From: an uncultured bacterium
GTDB taxonomy: Bacteria > Zixibacteria > MSB-5A5 > UBA10806
DNA length: 64,000 nucleotides
Assembly: GCA_965541585.1 (NCBI GenBank)
Contig: CBEUCH010000005.1
Location: 150,245 to 214,244 of the forward strand
Direction of reading: 5' to 3'
The translations under genes and the position numbers were made by a program. Every line of letters starts with the position of its first letter. Positions within the stretch are counted from its first letter, which is position 1. The notes under the pieces were generated by a model, which saw nothing but the letters and a program-made list of their open reading frames with translations, was not told where the DNA came from and did no database searches. Shown here one piece after another: positions 41,498-54,722 of the stretch.

Positions 41498-41920
41498 TCA
41501 ATCCTTGGCTAAATCATGCCGGGTGACAAACTTCGTTTTAATCGGCAGCTTGGCCGCGGCCAATCCTAAAGCCTGTTTAGCCAGATCTTCCTCGATACCT
41601 TCAAGCTCGAAAAGGATTCTGCCCGGCTTAACAACAGCGACCCAGTATTCGGGCGCACCTTTTCCTTTACCCATCCTGGTCTCGGCGGGCTTTTTGGATA
41701 CCGGCTTATCCGGAAAAACCCTGATCCATACTTTCCCCCCGCGCTTGATACGTCGAGTGACGGCCACGCGGGCGGCTTCAATCTGCCTGTTGGTAAGCCA
41801 TGCCGGCTCTAATGCCTTCAAACCAAACTCACCGAAGTCAATATTGGAGCCGCGGTAAGCCTTGCCTTTCCGGCGCCCCCGCTGCTGTTTTCGGAATTTC
41901 ACCCTCTTAGGCATTAACAT
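41498..41920 (-). CDS. rplP: 50S ribosomal protein L16
   Basis: [29 protein letters not shown]. Confidence 0.98.
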   Translation of the reverse strand: MLMPKRVKFRKQQRGRRKGKAYRGSNIDFGEFGLKALEPAWLTNRQIEAARVAVTRRIKRGGKVWIRVFPDKPVSKKPAETRMGKGKGAPEYWVAVVKPGRILFELEGIEEDLAKQALGLAAAKLPIKTKFVTRHDLAKD

Positions 41921-42789
41921 TATTTACTGTCTCCGCTGGGCTTTGGCCTTCCCGGAGGAGGCGATTGCCTGGGCGGTCCGGCCTCACCCGGTCTTTTATC
42001 CCGGCCTGACTTGTCGAGCGCCTTCGCTGAAGGCTTGCCTCTTTTCTGCTGGCGCTGGCTATCGGGTTGTTTTTTTCGCCGCGCTCTGCGCCGTCTCGTG
42101 TCAGCCGGCTGTTCTTCAATCCCGAGAGATGCTTCGGAACCCGCTTCGGCCCTGGTGAGTTGTCCCTTGTGGATCTCGCCCTTGCAAATCCATACCTTTA
42201 CCCCGATGCAGCCATAAGTCGTATGAGCAGTGGCAGTGGCATAATCGATATCAGCTCTCAGGGTATGCAATGGAACTCTGCCATCGTGGTATTTCTCCTG
42301 CCGCGCGATCTCATGGCCGCCGAGCCGGCCGCCGCAGACTATTCTGATCCCTTCAGCGCCGGATTTCATGGAAGCCGCCAGTGCCTTCTTCATGGCCCTC
42401 CTGAAATTAACTCTGCCCTCGAGCTGCTTGGCTATAGATTGCGCTACCAGCCTGGCCGACAATTCCGGTTTTTTTATTTCTATAATATTGAGAAGGATCT
42501 CCTTGCCGGTTAAGAGTTGGAGCTCCTCTTTTAGCTTATCCACCTCGGCACCTTTGCGCCCGATGACAATTCCCGGCCTCGCCGTATGGATATCTATCGT
42601 TACCTTCTTAGGGGCTCTCAAGATCTCCACCCCGGAGATTCCCGCATGTTCCAGCCGTCTGTCGGTGTAGCGCCTGATCAGCAGGTCTTCCTGCAGGAGA
42701 TCGGCATAGCCGGTTGTTGCAAACCAGCGTGATTTCCAGTCTCTTATGATTCCCAGCCTAAGACCGTATGGATGGGCTTTCTGTCCCAA
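41920..42789 (-). CDS. rpsC: 30S ribosomal protein S3 (long basic C-terminal extension)
   Basis: [38 protein letters not shown] start. Confidence 0.98.
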   Translation of the reverse strand: MGQKAHPYGLRLGIIRDWKSRWFATTGYADLLQEDLLIRRYTDRRLEHAGISGVEILRAPKKVTIDIHTARPGIVIGRKGAEVDKLKEELQLLTGKEILLNIIEIKKPELSARLVAQSIAKQLEGRVNFRRAMKKALAASMKSGAEGIRIVCGGRLGGHEIARQEKYHDGRVPLHTLRADIDYATATAHTTYGCIGVKVWICKGEIHKGQLTRAEAGSEASLGIEEQPADTRRRRARRKKQPDSQRQQKRGKPSAKALDKSGRDKRPGEAGPPRQSPPPGRPKPSGDSK

Positions 42790-42798
42790 TCGGCCTCC

Positions 42799-43173
42799 CT
42801 ATTTTTTGGCTTCGACGGTTTTTGTATCCGCCTTTTTTTCCACAATGGTTATCCCTACGTGCGAAGTCCTCTTCCTTATCAGATAGGCTCTACCCATGCT
42901 TGCCGGGCGGACTCTCTTCCAAATAGGGCCACCGTCAACTGTTACCTGTTTAACAAATAAATTTTCGACCTTTACCCTTGCCGTCCCCTCGGCAGCGATG
43001 GCGTTGGCGGCTGCCGATTTCAAGGTCTTATACAGCGCCCGACTGGCAGCCTTAGGCGTAAACTCCAGAATATTCAAGGCTTTATCCACAGGCTCGCCCC
43101 GTATGAGTTCTGCGACCCGTCTTAACTTACGAGGCGACATGCGAACATATTTTGAAACCGCTCTTACTTCCAT
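42799..43173 (-). CDS. rplV: 50S ribosomal protein L22
   Basis: VRMSPRKLR, SA.ANA, GRA..IRKRTSH. Confidence 0.97.
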   Translation of the reverse strand: MEVRAVSKYVRMSPRKLRRVAELIRGEPVDKALNILEFTPKAASRALYKTLKSAAANAIAAEGTARVKVENLFVKQVTVDGGPIWKRVRPASMGRAYLIRKRTSHVGITIVEKKADTKTVEAKK

Positions 43174-43182
43174 CTTCGATAT

Positions 43183-43470
43183 CTACTTTAATGAAGCGCT
43201 TCTCTCCGTCAATTTCCCGGAATGGCCCCTGAATATTCTCGTGGGAGCGAACTCTCCCAGCTTATGGCCGACCATATTTTCTGTAATATATATAGGGATG
43301 AATTTGTTGCCATTGTGCAAGGCCAGAGTATGGCCGACAAAATCAGGCGAGATAGTCGTCCTGCGCGACCAGGTCTTGATAACAGTCCTCTCCCCCGAGG
43401 TGTTCAAATCCTGAATTCTCTTCAATAATCTCTGGTCAAGATACGGACCCTTTTTCAGGGATCGAGCCAT
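43183..43470 (-). CDS. rpsS: 30S ribosomal protein S19
   Basis: MARSLKKGP start at 43470, [16 protein letters not shown]. Confidence 0.97.
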   Translation of the reverse strand: MARSLKKGPYLDQRLLKRIQDLNTSGERTVIKTWSRRTTISPDFVGHTLALHNGNKFIPIYITENMVGHKLGEFAPTRIFRGHSGKLTERSASLK

Positions 43471-43484
43471 ACAAACCTCCAGAA

Positions 43485-44306
43485 CTACTTTCGCCGCTTG
43501 ACGATCAGATTCGCCGATCTTTTTCGATTTCCGGTCTTCAGACCCTTGGACAATTGACCCCAGGGACTGCATGGATGCCTTCCGCCGGATGATTTTCCTT
43601 CGCCGCCTCCCATGGGGTGATCCACCGGGTTCATGGCCACTCCCCTGACCCGTGGTCTTCTACCCAGCCATCTCGATCTTCCGGCTTTGCCGAGGGTTAT
43701 TTTTTCATGATCTATGTTTCCAACCTGGCCGAGTGTCGCCAGACAATTCAACTTGAAAAGCCTTACCTCGCCGGAGGGCATCTTCACGTGGGCGAAATTT
43801 CCTTCCTTGGCCAGGAGCTGCGCCATGGCTCCGGCTGAGCGAGCCACCTGTCCACCCTTGCCGGGCTTTAGCTCCAGATTATGGATACTCATCCCAAGAG
43901 GGATCCTGCCGAGCGGAATAGTATTACCCGCCCTGATCTCAACATCTTCTCCCGCTATCAAAATATCATCGACTTTGATATCGGCCGGGGCTATAATGTA
44001 ACGCTTTTCCCCGTCAGCATAAAACAGCAACGCTATCCTGGCTGAACGGTTAGGATCGTATTCGATTGACGCCACCCGCGCCGGAATTCCAACTTTGTTG
44101 CGCTTGAAATCGATAATCCTGTAGGCTCTTTTGTGCCCGCCGCCTCTATGCCGCATGGCAATCCGGCCGGTGTTCCCTCTTCCTCCGGTTCTCTTGAACG
44201 CTCTCACGAGAGATTTCTCCGGCCCCGAATGTGTGATCTCCGCGAAATCAGAGACCGTCATAAAACGGCGTCCCGGGGTCGTTGGCTTGAATTTTTTCAC
44301 GCCCAT
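43485..44306 (-). CDS. rplB: 50S ribosomal protein L2
   Basis: [36 protein letters not shown]. Confidence 0.98.
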   Translation of the reverse strand: MGVKKFKPTTPGRRFMTVSDFAEITHSGPEKSLVRAFKRTGGRGNTGRIAMRHRGGGHKRAYRIIDFKRNKVGIPARVASIEYDPNRSARIALLFYADGEKRYIIAPADIKVDDILIAGEDVEIRAGNTIPLGRIPLGMSIHNLELKPGKGGQVARSAGAMAQLLAKEGNFAHVKMPSGEVRLFKLNCLATLGQVGNIDHEKITLGKAGRSRWLGRRPRVRGVAMNPVDHPMGGGEGKSSGGRHPCSPWGQLSKGLKTGNRKRSANLIVKRRK

Positions 44307-44316
44307 ATTCTAATCC

Positions 44317-44607
44317 TCAAACGCTCTCGAAAAGCTCGATTCCCTCGCCCTCTTTCAACCAGACGTAAGCCTTTTTCCAGTTAGATCTCTTACCCTCGAA
44401 TCTGCCAAGCTTTTTAGATTTCCCCTTCACGTTAGCGACAGTTACGTTCTTGACCTTCACGTTGAAGGCCTTCTCGACAGACTGTTTTATCTGCAATTTG
44501 TTAGCATCCGTAGCAACCTTGAACACGTAACAATTCTGGTTCTCCTGACGGTTGGTGGCCTTCTCTGATATCAACGCCTGCAGAAGTATTTTCCCCTCGT
44601 TAACCAC
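44317..44607 (-). CDS. rplW: 50S ribosomal protein L23
   Basis: ISEK, ANK.QIK, WKKAYV. Confidence 0.96.
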   Translation of the reverse strand: MVNEGKILLQALISEKATNRQENQNCYVFKVATDANKLQIKQSVEKAFNVKVKNVTVANVKGKSKKLGRFEGKRSNWKKAYVWLKEGEGIELFESV

Positions 44608-45232
44608 TGCCGAATATCTCCTTTATCCTGGCCAGACCCTCTTCGGTAATAAGAATATTCTGATGCCATAGCAGGTCGAACGGATTGACCAATTCCGCCC
44701 TTTTGGTGTTGAAATATTTGATATTTCTCGATGCCAGAGAGAGATTATTGTTTTTACCCTCGTACAGGAGAATCGTCTTCTGATGATACAACCCGAGCTT
44801 TTTAAGGTAATCGGCGAGGATCTTCGTCCTCGGCTCAGTGACCTCTGGCAATTCCACTACGTAGAGTTTTCCCTCCCGGGCCTTTAGCGAGAACGCTGAA
44901 CGCATGGCGTTTTTCTTCAGGTTTCTGGGAAGCCTCCTGTAATAATCTTTTGGAACGGGCCCCCAGACGACCGCGCCACCTGACCATAATGGAGATGTGT
45001 TGCTGCCGGCTCGCGCTCTGCCTGTGCCTTTCTGTCTGAAAGGTTTCTTACCACCGCCGCGCATACGGGCACGATTCAATGTCGACGAGGTACCCTGTCT
45101 CTGGTTCTGCAAAAAACCTTTTACATATTCGTGTAGTATATGCTCATTCGGCTCCGTTTCGAAAAGCGGACCCCCAAGATTAATCGCTTTCGACTTCGAA
45201 CCGTCCTTTGTCAAAAATCCCACTTCGGGCAT
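44600..45232 (-). CDS. rplD: 50S ribosomal protein L4
   Basis: RQGT, KPFRQKGTGRARAGS, GP.P. Confidence 0.97.
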   Translation of the reverse strand: MPEVGFLTKDGSKSKAINLGGPLFETEPNEHILHEYVKGFLQNQRQGTSSTLNRARMRGGGKKPFRQKGTGRARAGSNTSPLWSGGAVVWGPVPKDYYRRLPRNLKKNAMRSAFSLKAREGKLYVVELPEVTEPRTKILADYLKKLGLYHQKTILLYEGKNNNLSLASRNIKYFNTKRAELVNPFDLLWHQNILITEEGLARIKEIFGSG

Positions 45233-45237
45233 CAGCT

Positions 45238-45867
45238 CTACCTGGCTTTCCTCACAGATACCAGGGAATTCTTATGTCCCGGTACCGCGCCGCCGACCAG
45301 AAGCAAAGATTGCTCTGGCTCTATGGCCACGACCTTGATGTTTTTAACCGTCACCTTTTTATTCCCCATGTGTCCCGGCATCTTTTGACCCTTGAATACG
45401 CGAGAAGGATAGCTCGCTTGCCCGATCGAGCCCGGTGCCCTGAGTCTGTCAGACTGGCCATGGGTCTTCGGGCCTCCCCTGAAGCCGTACCGTTTGACCG
45501 TACCCTGGAATCCGAGCCCTCGAGAAATCCCCGAGACGTGGACTTTATCTCCCGGTCGAAATGTATCGATTCCAAAGGTCGTACCCACCTCCGGTTTCTC
45601 CGAACCGGTAGTGCGTATTTCACGAAGGTATCTTCCCGGTTCTATGCCGGCTTTGGCGAACTGCCCTTTAACCGGTTTGCTCATGAGCTTTGGACGGATC
45701 TGCCCGAGGCTAACGACAACCGCGTCGTATCCATCCGACTCCTTCGTCTTTACCTTGAGCACCGTTGCCGGCTCGACCTTTATCACCGTCACTCCCACTG
45801 AATCGCCAGACGCAGTGAAAATCGTCGTCATTCCCAGCTTCTTTCCGTAAATTTCATTCATTTTCAA
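45238..45867 (-). CDS. rplC: 50S ribosomal protein L3
   Basis: GKKLGMT, GFQG.VKRY, RAPGSIG, RVFKG.KMPGHMG. Confidence 0.97.
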   Translation of the reverse strand: MKMNEIYGKKLGMTTIFTASGDSVGVTVIKVEPATVLKVKTKESDGYDAVVVSLGQIRPKLMSKPVKGQFAKAGIEPGRYLREIRTTGSEKPEVGTTFGIDTFRPGDKVHVSGISRGLGFQGTVKRYGFRGGPKTHGQSDRLRAPGSIGQASYPSRVFKGQKMPGHMGNKKVTVKNIKVVAIEPEQSLLLVGGAVPGHKNSLVSVRKAR

Positions 45868-45886
45868 AATAAAACTTCTTAGTATA

Positions 45887-46195
45887 TCACACTTTTATCT
45901 CGACGTCAACCCCCGCCGGCAAATCGAGTCGCATTAGTGAATCGATTGTCTGTTGACTGCTATCATAGATGTCAATCAATCTCTTATGGATTCTCATCTC
46001 GAACTGCTCGCGCGACTTTTTGTCAACATGTGGCGAACGGAGAACCGTATAAACCGTTCTTTTAGTCGGCAGCGGTACCGGTCCGGAGATTTTGGCGCCG
46101 GTCCGGGTGACCGTGCGCACTATTTCTCTGGCCGAGCGATCAACCGCCACATGATCGTAGGCTTTTAGCCTTATCCTGATCTTCTGTCCTTCCAT
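45887..46195 (-). CDS. rpsJ: 30S ribosomal protein S10
   Basis: [32 protein letters not shown]; start MEGQK at 46195. Confidence 0.98.
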   Translation of the reverse strand: MEGQKIRIRLKAYDHVAVDRSAREIVRTVTRTGAKISGPVPLPTKRTVYTVLRSPHVDKKSREQFEMRIHKRLIDIYDSSQQTIDSLMRLDLPAGVDVEIKV

Positions 46196-46211
46196 CGCAG
46201 TTCCGCCCTTG

Positions 46212-47423
46212 TTATTCCAGGACCTCGGTGATGACACCGGCGCCGACCGTATGGCCGCCCTCGCGAATGGCGAAACGCAGCTCCTTCTCCATCGCTATCG
46301 GTGTAATCACCTCGCAGTCCATGGTCACATTGTCTCCCGGCATAACCATCTCTCGATCCTTCGGAAGCTGTATGCTGCCCGTCACGTCCGTCGTCCGAAA
46401 ATAAAACTGCGGACGATAACCGTTGAAAAACGGCGTGTGACGACCACCCTCCTCCTTCTTCAATACGTATACCTCACACTTAAACGTCGTATGCGGCGTG
46501 ATAGAACCCGGCTTCGAGACTACCATACCCCGCTCCAGATCATCACGATCCACTCCTCGCAGCAACAACCCCACATTGTCACCAGCCTGAGCATAATCCA
46601 ATATCTTGCGAAACATCTCACATCCCGTCACAACCGTCTTGCGAGTCTCCCGATATCCCACTATCTCAACCTCGTCTCCCTTGCTAATCTTACCCCGGTC
46701 CACTCGACCCGTACCAACCGTGCCCCGACCCGTGATCGAAAATACATCCTCCACCGGCATCAAAAACGGCTTGTCAACATCTCGAACCGGATCAGGTATA
46801 TACGTATCCACTGCATTCATCAACTCCAAAACACTCTTAAACTCCGGAGCATCATACGGCACATCCGGATCCGCACCCTTCGTCATCGCCTCCAAAGCAC
46901 TACCGCGGATCACAGGTATATCATCACCCGGAAACTCATACTTCGATAGTAAATCCCGGACCTCCAACTCCACTAAATCCAGTAACTCCGGATCATCAAC
47001 CATGTCGACCTTGTTCATATATACTATGACATACGGAACTCCAACCTGACGCGCCAACAAGATATGCTCCCGCGTCTGAGGCATGGGACCATCGGCAGCA
47101 CTCACAACCAGTATCGATCCGTCCATCTGCGCCGCACCCGTGATCATGTTCTTGATGTAATCCGCATGACCAGGACAATCAACATGCGCATAATGACGCT
47201 TGTCCGTCTCATACTCAACATGCGCCGTGGCTATCGTTATCCCCCGCTCCTTCTCTTCCGGCGCATTATCTATGGAATCAAAATCCCGAACCTGAATCTT
47301 CTGGTTCTTGCGAGATAATATCATCGTGATAGCCGCCGTCAACGTCGTCTTACCATGATCAACATGACCGATCGTGCCTATGTTGACATGCGGCTTCGTC
47401 CTCTCAAACTTCTCTTTGGCCAT
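46212..47423 (-). CDS. tuf: Elongation factor Tu (str operon copy)
   Basis: [28 protein letters not shown]. Confidence 0.99.
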   Translation of the reverse strand: MAKEKFERTKPHVNIGTIGHVDHGKTTLTAAITMILSRKNQKIQVRDFDSIDNAPEEKERGITIATAHVEYETDKRHYAHVDCPGHADYIKNMITGAAQMDGSILVVSAADGPMPQTREHILLARQVGVPYVIVYMNKVDMVDDPELLDLVELEVRDLLSKYEFPGDDIPVIRGSALEAMTKGADPDVPYDAPEFKSVLELMNAVDTYIPDPVRDVDKPFLMPVEDVFSITGRGTVGTGRVDRGKISKGDEVEIVGYRETRKTVVTGCEMFRKILDYAQAGDNVGLLLRGVDRDDLERGMVVSKPGSITPHTTFKCEVYVLKKEEGGRHTPFFNGYRPQFYFRTTDVTGSIQLPKDREMVMPGDNVTMDCEVITPIAMEKELRFAIREGGHTVGAGVITEVLE

Positions 47424-47459
47424 CAGGCAACTCTCCCTCGATTATTGAGTCATTTTTCA

Positions 47460-49559
47460 TTATCTTCTTTGACCTACGAGTACCCCGCGAACCTGCTGAA
47501 CCATCTTCTCCTGCATGGTTTCAGACACGGCGGAGTAATGAGAAAACTGCATTGAATAAACGGCTCGTCCCTGAGACAGGGACCGCAAAGTTGTAGCGTA
47601 GCCGAACATTTCAGACAGGGGAACCTGCGAGGCGATCACAACGGCATCGGGTCTGTGAACCATGCCGGCAATCTTGCCGCGTCTGGCGCTCAGATCCCCG
47701 ATAACATCTCCCATATAATCCTCGGGAACCACCACCTCGATATCCATAATAGGCTCCAAGATGGTCGGCTTAGCTTTCCTGGCTCCCTCCTGCAGGGCTA
47801 TTGAACCTGCTATCCTGAATGCTACCTCCGAGGAATCAATCTCGTGATATGATCCATCGAGAAGTTCCACTTTCACATCGACCATGGGATATCCTGCCAG
47901 AACACCATTTTCGAGAGCATCTTTTACTCCTTTCTTCACTGCAGGAATAAACTCTCTAGGGATATTACCGCCAACAACCTTATCGATAAACTCAAAGCCC
48001 TTACCCTTCTCGTTGGGGCCGACAGTAATCTTGACATGGCCATACTGCCCACGGCCCCCGGTCTGGCGAACGAATCTGCCCTCGGCTTTCGCCGTAGTCG
48101 CTATCGTCTCACGGTAAGCGACCTGGGGTTTGCCAACATTCGCTGCGACTTTAAACTCGCGCAGCATCCGGTCTATGAGAATTTCCAGATGAAGCTCGCC
48201 CATCCCCGACATAATGGTCTGCCCGGTTTCCGGATCGGTTTTCACCTGGAATGTCGGATCTTCCTCTGAAAGCTTGGTGAGAGTTTCTGCCAGCTTATCC
48301 TGATCGGCCTTGGTTTTCGGTTCTATGGCCACGTATATAACGGGATTCGGGAAAGATATCTGCTCCAAAATTATTGGATGTTTTCGATCACAGACGGTGT
48401 TTCCGGTCGTGGTGTTCCTGAGGCCGACCAGAGCCACAATATCCCCCGATCTTGCTTCTTTCATATCTGCCCGCTTATTAGCGTGCATGGCCAGAATTCT
48501 GCTAACCCGATCATTTTTTTTTGTTAGAGGATTGTAAACACTTTCGCCCTGTTTTAACGAACCGGAATAGATTCTTACATAAGAAAGTTTGCCAACATAC
48601 GGGTCGGAAATGATCTTAAACACCAGCGCCGCAAATGGCTCGGAATCCGACGGCTGCCTGACAATCTCTTTACCTTTATCGGGAACGATTCCGGTTACGG
48701 GCGGCATATCCAGAGGCGACGGTAAATATAACAGCACAGCATCCAGCAACGCCTGCACACCTTTGTTCTTGTAAGATGAGCCACATAGAACGGGGGTGAT
48801 CTTCAGATCTCTGACTGCCCGGCGCAAAGCTCTTCTGATATCCTCTACCTCAATGGCTTCATCGTGCACAAACTTTTCCAGGAGAGAATCGTCATATTCT
48901 GAAATTTTCTCGAGCAACTCTTCCCTTTTCGATCTGGCTTCCTCAAAAAGCCCGTCAGGGATCACTTCGTCGGTGAAAATGGTGCCCTGGGTATCCTCCT
49001 GATAAAACCGGGCCTTCATAGTTATCAAATCTACTATTCCTGTAAATAGATCGCCAGCGCCGATAGGAAGTTGTATGGGTACAGCATCCGTGCCCAACCT
49101 GGCCTTCATCATATCCACGGTGCCGTGAAAATCCGCGCCAATCCTGTCCATCTTATTGACATAGGCGATTCGCGGGACCCTGTATTTATCAGCCTGCCTC
49201 CAGACTGTTTCCGACTGTGGCTCAACTCCGCCTACCGAACAGAAAAGCGCAATTGCACCATCGAGCACCCGTAAAGATCGCTCCACCTCCATGGTGAAAT
49301 CTACGTGGCCGGGCGTATCGATAATATTTATGCGGATATCCTTCCAGAAAACTGTAGTCGCCGCCGATGTGATGGTTATGCCGCGCTCTTTCTCTTGCTC
49401 CATCCAGTCCATGGTGGCAGCACCATCATCGACTTCACCTATCCTATGAGTCTTACCCGCATAGAAGAGAATTCTCTCTGTCGTCGTGGTTTTACCCGCA
49501 TCGATATGGGCCATAATCCCGATGTTGCGTGTCTGTTCTAAATTCCTGTCGGTCGACAT
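47460..49559 (-). CDS. fusA: Elongation factor G
   Basis: [26 protein letters not shown]; between rpsG and tuf; start placed at MSTDRN. Confidence 0.98.
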   Translation of the reverse strand: MSTDRNLEQTRNIGIMAHIDAGKTTTTERILFYAGKTHRIGEVDDGAATMDWMEQEKERGITITSAATTVFWKDIRINIIDTPGHVDFTMEVERSLRVLDGAIALFCSVGGVEPQSETVWRQADKYRVPRIAYVNKMDRIGADFHGTVDMMKARLGTDAVPIQLPIGAGDLFTGIVDLITMKARFYQEDTQGTIFTDEVIPDGLFEEARSKREELLEKISEYDDSLLEKFVHDEAIEVEDIRRALRRAVRDLKITPVLCGSSYKNKGVQALLDAVLLYLPSPLDMPPVTGIVPDKGKEIVRQPSDSEPFAALVFKIISDPYVGKLSYVRIYSGSLKQGESVYNPLTKKNDRVSRILAMHANKRADMKEARSGDIVALVGLRNTTTGNTVCDRKHPIILEQISFPNPVIYVAIEPKTKADQDKLAETLTKLSEEDPTFQVKTDPETGQTIMSGMGELHLEILIDRMLREFKVAANVGKPQVAYRETIATTAKAEGRFVRQTGGRGQYGHVKITVGPNEKGKGFEFIDKVVGGNIPREFIPAVKKGVKDALENGVLAGYPMVDVKVELLDGSYHEIDSSEVAFRIAGSIALQEGARKAKPTILEPIMDIEVVVPEDYMGDVIGDLSARRGKIAGMVHRPDAVVIASQVPLSEMFGYATTLRSLSQGRAVYSMQFSHYSAVSETMQEKMVQQVRGVLVGQRR

Positions 49560-49685
49560 AAAAAAATCCACTACCTTGTCTGAGGAGCGCTCCGAAAATC
49601 CAGCGCCCGCGGTAGCGGATCTCCTCTGGTTTTTCGGATGCTATTTATCCAGCCTTCATCAATCTCCAATAAAATAAGTCTGCCC

Positions 49686-50156
49686 TTACCAGCGGAAATG
49701 AGCAAAAGCCTTATTGGCTTCTGCCATCCTGTGTGTATCATCCTTCTTCTTAACAGAGGCGCCCTCGTTACGGAAAGCTGCAAGAAATTCGCCTGCAAGT
49801 CTCTCCGACATTGTATATTCGGAACGGGCTTTTGCGAAACCGATCATCCACCTTATAGCCAGAGCACTACGTCTTGCCGCCCTTACCTCCACCGGCACCT
49901 GGTAATTGGCGCCGCCCACGCGACGGGACCGGACCTCAAGCATGGGTTTAACATTGTTAAGAGCTTTCTGAAAGACCTCCATGCCGCTCTGATTCGTCTT
50001 CTTCTCAATCGAATCGATAGCATTGTAGAAGATACTTTCCGCCACCGATTTCTTACCGCCACGCATAAGGCCGTTAATAAACTGCGTTACCGTAGGCGAT
50101 CCGAACCTCGGATCGGGCGGCCTTTCTTTTTTTTCCGCTCGGCTTCTACGAGACAA
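49686..50156 (-). CDS. rpsG: 30S ribosomal protein S7
   Basis: [26 protein letters not shown]. Confidence 0.98.
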   Translation of the reverse strand: MSRRSRAEKKERPPDPRFGSPTVTQFINGLMRGGKKSVAESIFYNAIDSIEKKTNQSGMEVFQKALNNVKPMLEVRSRRVGGANYQVPVEVRAARRSALAIRWMIGFAKARSEYTMSERLAGEFLAAFRNEGASVKKKDDTHRMAEANKAFAHFRW

Positions 50157-50168
50157 AATTACCTCAAC

Positions 50169-50543
50169 CTATTTCTTGGGGCGCTTGACCCCGTATTTTG
50201 ATCTTCCCTTTTTTCTGTCGGCCACTCCCGCAGTATCTAAAGTACCTCTAATAATGTGGTACCTTACACCCGGAAGATCCTTCACTCGCCCACCGCGGAT
50301 CAACACGATGGAATGCTCCTGGAGGTTGTGCCCTTCACCCGGGATGTAAGCGGTAACCTCGATACTGTTGGTCAATCTCACGCGCGCAACCTTGCGTAGA
50401 GCCGAGTTCGGCTTTTTGGGAGTAGACGTGTAGACCCTGACACACACTCCTCTCTTCTGAGGAGAACCCTTGAGGGCGGGTGTATTGGCCTTGCTCAGCA
50501 CCCGCTTACGTCCTTTTCTGACCAACTGGTTTATTGTTGGCAA
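50169..50543 (-). CDS. rpsL: 30S ribosomal protein S12
   Basis: [33 protein letters not shown] start. Confidence 0.99.
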   Translation of the reverse strand: MPTINQLVRKGRKRVLSKANTPALKGSPQKRGVCVRVYTSTPKKPNSALRKVARVRLTNSIEVTAYIPGEGHNLQEHSIVLIRGGRVKDLPGVRYHIIRGTLDTAGVADRKKGRSKYGVKRPKK

Positions 50544-50612
50544 CTAACCTCCCATTTCAAAAAAGACAGACTCATAAAATAAACACTCTTATCCTTATGT
50601 CAAGCCGTTTTT

Positions 50613-53600
50613 TCAGCCGACCGTCTCGATTTTCTTCTCTATTTCATCCGCTTTTTCGTCTTCCACGATCTCGACCTTATTATGAATCTCCAGCCCCGTT
50701 CCCGCCGGTATCAGCCGCCCGATAATGACGTTCTCTTTCAGCCCAAGCAGATGATCGATCTTGCCATTTATGGTGGCCTCGGTCAATACCCTGGTCGTCT
50801 CCTGGAATGACGCCGCCGAGATGAAGCTTTCAGTCGAAAGCGACGCCTTGGTGATTCCCAGAAGCAGAGGCTCATAGGTCGCCGGGTTGCCACCCTCGTT
50901 CAATACCCGGTTATTCTCATCCAATAACCTGTTGCGATCGATAACTTCACCCTCAAGGAAATTAGAATCTCCGACATCGAGTAATCTGACTTTTTGCAAG
51001 ACCTGGCGAATTATGACCTCGATATGTTTGTCGTTGATCTTCACTCCCTGAAGACGATAGACACCCTGAATCTCGTTCACCAGGTATTCCTGAACGGCAT
51101 TTGGACCTTTTATCTTGAGAATATCGTGGGGATCGATCGGACCCTCGCAGAGCCGGTCGCCGGCGAGAACCTGATCGGTATCGTGAACCAGCATATGCTT
51201 TCCATGCGGGACCAGATATTCTTTATCCTCAGCATGCTCCCCGTGGATTATAATTTGCTGGTTGCCCCTGACTATCTTACCATATTCGGCAATCCCGTCG
51301 ATCTCCGTGACAACTGCGGGATCCTTTGGATGACGGGCCTCGAACAGCTCGGCGACCCTCGGGAGTCCGCCTGTGATATCTTTGGTCTTATAAATCTCGC
51401 GGGGAATCTTAACAATCATCTGTCCGGCCTTGATGTTTTCGCCGTCCTTAACGGCCAGATGTGCGCCCACCGGTACAGAATAGTTGGCCAACCTCTTACC
51501 CTTATTATCCAATACCGCTATATGCGGACGCAAGACCTTCTCACGCGTTTCGATAATCACCTGGGCCGATAAACCGGTGGACTCATCAAGCTCCTCGCGG
51601 TAGGTAACATTTTCGATGATGTCGATGAACTCTACTTTACCGGATTTATTTGTTAGAATGGTATTGGTATGCGGATCCCATTCGAATATCACATCATCTT
51701 TTTCCACATGCTGGCCGTTCTTGACCTTCAATGTACAGCCGTATGGAATCGTGAAACGCTGGCGGGTCCTATCTTTTTCGTCTACTATCTTTAATTCGCT
51801 GTCGCGAGAAAGCACGATGCGATCATTTGGCTCTTCGCCGGGGACAGTCTTGATCTTGTTAAACGCGATCTTTCCAGCGGCCTTGGCGGTAATCCTGGAC
51901 TGTTGTGCAATGACTGCGGCAGTACCGCCGATATGGAAGGTGCGCAAGGTCAGCTGGGTGCCGGGTTCGCCAATAGACTGAGCGGCGATAACTCCTACCG
52001 CCTCCCCCAGCGTGACCATTCTCCCACTGGCCAGGTTCCGGCCATAACAGTTGATACAGACTCCCCTGCGAGAGTCACATGTCAGCACTGATCTGATAGA
52101 AACCGATTCTATGCCGCACTCCTCTATCCTGACGGAAGCCTCCTCATCGATTTCTTCCCCTGCCGGGACTATGACCTCATCTGCAATGGGATCATACACA
52201 TCCAGAAGTGTTACTCGCCCGAGTATGCGATCCCGCAGAGATTCGATAACTTCCTCGCCCTCCTTCAGGGCCATAGTATCATTTCCCAGTATCGTACCGC
52301 AATCATTCTCGCTAATAATAACATCTTGAGCAACATCCACCAGTCTACGGGTAAGATAGCCGGCGTCGGCGGTCTTGAGCGCGGTATCGGCCAGGCCCTT
52401 ACGGGCTCCATGGGTAGATATGAAATATTCGAGTACGTTTAGACCCTCGCGGAAGTTTGCAGTGATCGGTGTCTCGATGATCTCTCCCAGTTGACCGGTA
52501 ATTCTCTTCTGAGGCTTGGCCATCAAGCCACGCATGCCTGCCAGCTGCCTGATCTGCTCCTTGGATCCCCTTGCGCCCGAATCTGCCATCATAAAAATGG
52601 GATTGAATCCCTGATCCTCCTGAGTGAGGTTTTCAAACATAACCTCCGATACCTCGCTGGTGGTTCTGGTCCAGGTATCGATTACTTTGTTGTAACGTTC
52701 TCCATTAGTTATGGCGCCCTTCTCATACTGCTTCTGGATTGCCTCCACCTCTTTTGTGGCTGCGCTCAGAAGCTTTTCCTTTTCTTTCGGGACAACCATA
52801 TCATCGATGCTGACCGTTATTCCGGCAGTGGTAGCGTATTCGAATCCGACTCTTTTCAGATCATCGAGGAAAACGGCCGTGCGCTTATTGCCCAGCCTCC
52901 TGTGAACGTCTGAGATCAATGATTCAAGCGTCTTTTTCGACGCCAACTCGTTGAAAAATCCCATTTCATCCGGGACTACCTGGTTAAAAATAACACGTCC
53001 CACTGTTGTATCAAGAAATTTATTCTTATCGTCCGGCATCAGAAGCCTGATGCTGGCATGCAGATCTATTCCGCCAAGAGCGTTCGCATAGATAACCTCA
53101 TCCTGATTTCCGAAAACTTTCCCTTCGCCCTTGACACCTTTCTTAGCTTTCGTCAGGTAATAACATCCGAGAACCATATCCTGGGAAGGAACAGCGATAG
53201 GTTTGCCCGATGATGGTTGAAGAAGATTATTCATGGATAACATCAGCACCCGCGCCTCCAGCTGAGCTTCGAACGATAACGGGACATGAACCGCCATCTG
53301 ATCTCCGTCAAAATCGGCGTTAAAGGCCGCGCAAACCAGCGGATGAAGCTTGAGAGCCTTGCCTTCCACCAGGACCGGATAAAATGCCTGGATGCCCAAC
53401 AAATGTAATGTCGGAGCACGGTTCAGCATGACCGGGTGATCTTTGATAATCTCTTCCATTATATCCCAGACTTCGGGTCGCTCCCGCTCCACAAGTCTCT
53501 TGGCCGATTTCACGGTCTGGACGAAACCTTTCTCTTCGAGCTTATTGATGATGAATGGCTTGAACAGCTCCAGCGCCATATTTTTGGGCAGGCCGCACTG

Positions 53601-54683
53601 GTTGAGCTTCAGTTCCGGCCCTACCACTATCACCGTCCGGCCGGAATAGTCGACTCTCTTGCCGAGCAGATTCTGACGGAACCTTCCCTGTTTTCCCTTG
53701 AGAAGATCCGAAAGCGATTTGAGTGGTCTTTTGGAATCGCCGCGCACGGAACGGGATCTCCTGCCGTTGTCGAAAAGAGCGTCCACCGCCTCCTGAAGCA
53801 TCCTCTTTTCATTCCTGAGAATAACCTCGGGCGCCTTGATCTCGATAAGCTTTTTTAGACGATTGTTCCGGTTAATAACCCTTCTGTAGAGGTCATTTAG
53901 ATCCGAAGTCGCGAAACGCCCGCCTTCAAGGGGAACAAGGGGACGTAGATCTGGAGGTATAACCGGAATAACTCCCAGCACCATCCACTCGGGCTTGTTC
54001 TCGGACTGGCGAAACGCCTCTATCACGCGTAAACGCTTCAGAGTGTCTTTCTTGCGTTGAACCGACGTCTCCACCTTGACCTGGGCCCGCAAAGAAATGG
54101 CCAGCTCTTCGATATCCAACGCCCGAAGCAGATCGCGTACGGCCTCGGCACCCATCTTGGCGACGAATTCCTTACCCGATTCTTCCAACTCGTAGCTCTC
54201 GTCCTCCGAAATGATGTCCATCTTCTTTAACGATGTGTTGCCCGGGTCTATGATGATGAACGATTGATAATAAATAATGCGCTCGAGCTGCCTGACAGTG
54301 AGATCGAGCAGATACCCGATTCTCGAGGGGAGCGAGTGTGAAAACCAGATATGGGTTACGGGAACAGCGAGATCAATATGCCCCATTCTCTCCCGCCGAA
54401 CCTTGGATTGTGTAACCTCTACCCCGCACCGGTCGCAGACTATGCCGCGAAATCGAATGCGCTTGTATTTGCCGCAATTGCATTCCCAATCCTTTACGGG
54501 GCCGAAGGTCCTTTCGCAGAACAGGCCGTCCTTCTCCGGCTTGAAACTGCGGTAATTAATGGTCTCCGGCTTCGTAACCTCTCCATAAGACCACGACCTG
54601 ATTATCTCGGGCGAGGCTATCTTAATCTTGATGGCCTCAAAATCCGACGGTCTTTTTTGGTTTCTAGTAAAAGGATCGATCAC
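50613..54683 (-). CDS. rpoC: RNA polymerase beta' subunit
   Basis: Zinc-finger Cx[13 protein letters not shown] catalytic motif, [17 protein letters not shown]. Confidence 0.99.
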   Translation of the reverse strand: MIDPFTRNQKRPSDFEAIKIKIASPEIIRSWSYGEVTKPETINYRSFKPEKDGLFCERTFGPVKDWECNCGKYKRIRFRGIVCDRCGVEVTQSKVRRERMGHIDLAVPVTHIWFSHSLPSRIGYLLDLTVRQLERIIYYQSFIIIDPGNTSLKKMDIISEDESYELEESGKEFVAKMGAEAVRDLLRALDIEELAISLRAQVKVETSVQRKKDTLKRLRVIEAFRQSENKPEWMVLGVIPVIPPDLRPLVPLEGGRFATSDLNDLYRRVINRNNRLKKLIEIKAPEVILRNEKRMLQEAVDALFDNGRRSRSVRGDSKRPLKSLSDLLKGKQGRFRQNLLGKRVDYSGRTVIVVGPELKLNQCGLPKNMALELFKPFIINKLEEKGFVQTVKSAKRLVERERPEVWDIMEEIIKDHPVMLNRAPTLHLLGIQAFYPVLVEGKALKLHPLVCAAFNADFDGDQMAVHVPLSFEAQLEARVLMLSMNNLLQPSSGKPIAVPSQDMVLGCYYLTKAKKGVKGEGKVFGNQDEVIYANALGGIDLHASIRLLMPDDKNKFLDTTVGRVIFNQVVPDEMGFFNELASKKTLESLISDVHRRLGNKRTAVFLDDLKRVGFEYATTAGITVSIDDMVVPKEKEKLLSAATKEVEAIQKQYEKGAITNGERYNKVIDTWTRTTSEVSEVMFENLTQEDQGFNPIFMMADSGARGSKEQIRQLAGMRGLMAKPQKRITGQLGEIIETPITANFREGLNVLEYFISTHGARKGLADTALKTADAGYLTRRLVDVAQDVIISENDCGTILGNDTMALKEGEEVIESLRDRILGRVTLLDVYDPIADEVIVPAGEEIDEEASVRIEECGIESVSIRSVLTCDSRRGVCINCYGRNLASGRMVTLGEAVGVIAAQSIGEPGTQLTLRTFHIGGTAAVIAQQSRITAKAAGKIAFNKIKTVPGEEPNDRIVLSRDSELKIVDEKDRTRQRFTIPYGCTLKVKNGQHVEKDDVIFEWDPHTNTILTNKSGKVEFIDIIENVTYREELDESTGLSAQVIIETREKVLRPHIAVLDNKGKRLANYSVPVGAHLAVKDGENIKAGQMIVKIPREIYKTKDITGGLPRVAELFEARHPKDPAVVTEIDGIAEYGKIVRGNQQIIIHGEHAEDKEYLVPHGKHMLVHDTDQVLAGDRLCEGPIDPHDILKIKGPNAVQEYLVNEIQGVYRLQGVKINDKHIEVIIRQVLQKVRLLDVGDSNFLEGEVIDRNRLLDENNRVLNEGGNPATYEPLLLGITKASLSTESFISAASFQETTRVLTEATINGKIDHLLGLKENVIIGRLIPAGTGLEIHNKVEIVEDEKADEIEKKIETVG

Positions 54684-54722
54684 TAAAGTCTCCTTAATTT
54701 TGATTATCCCAGAAGAACGACA

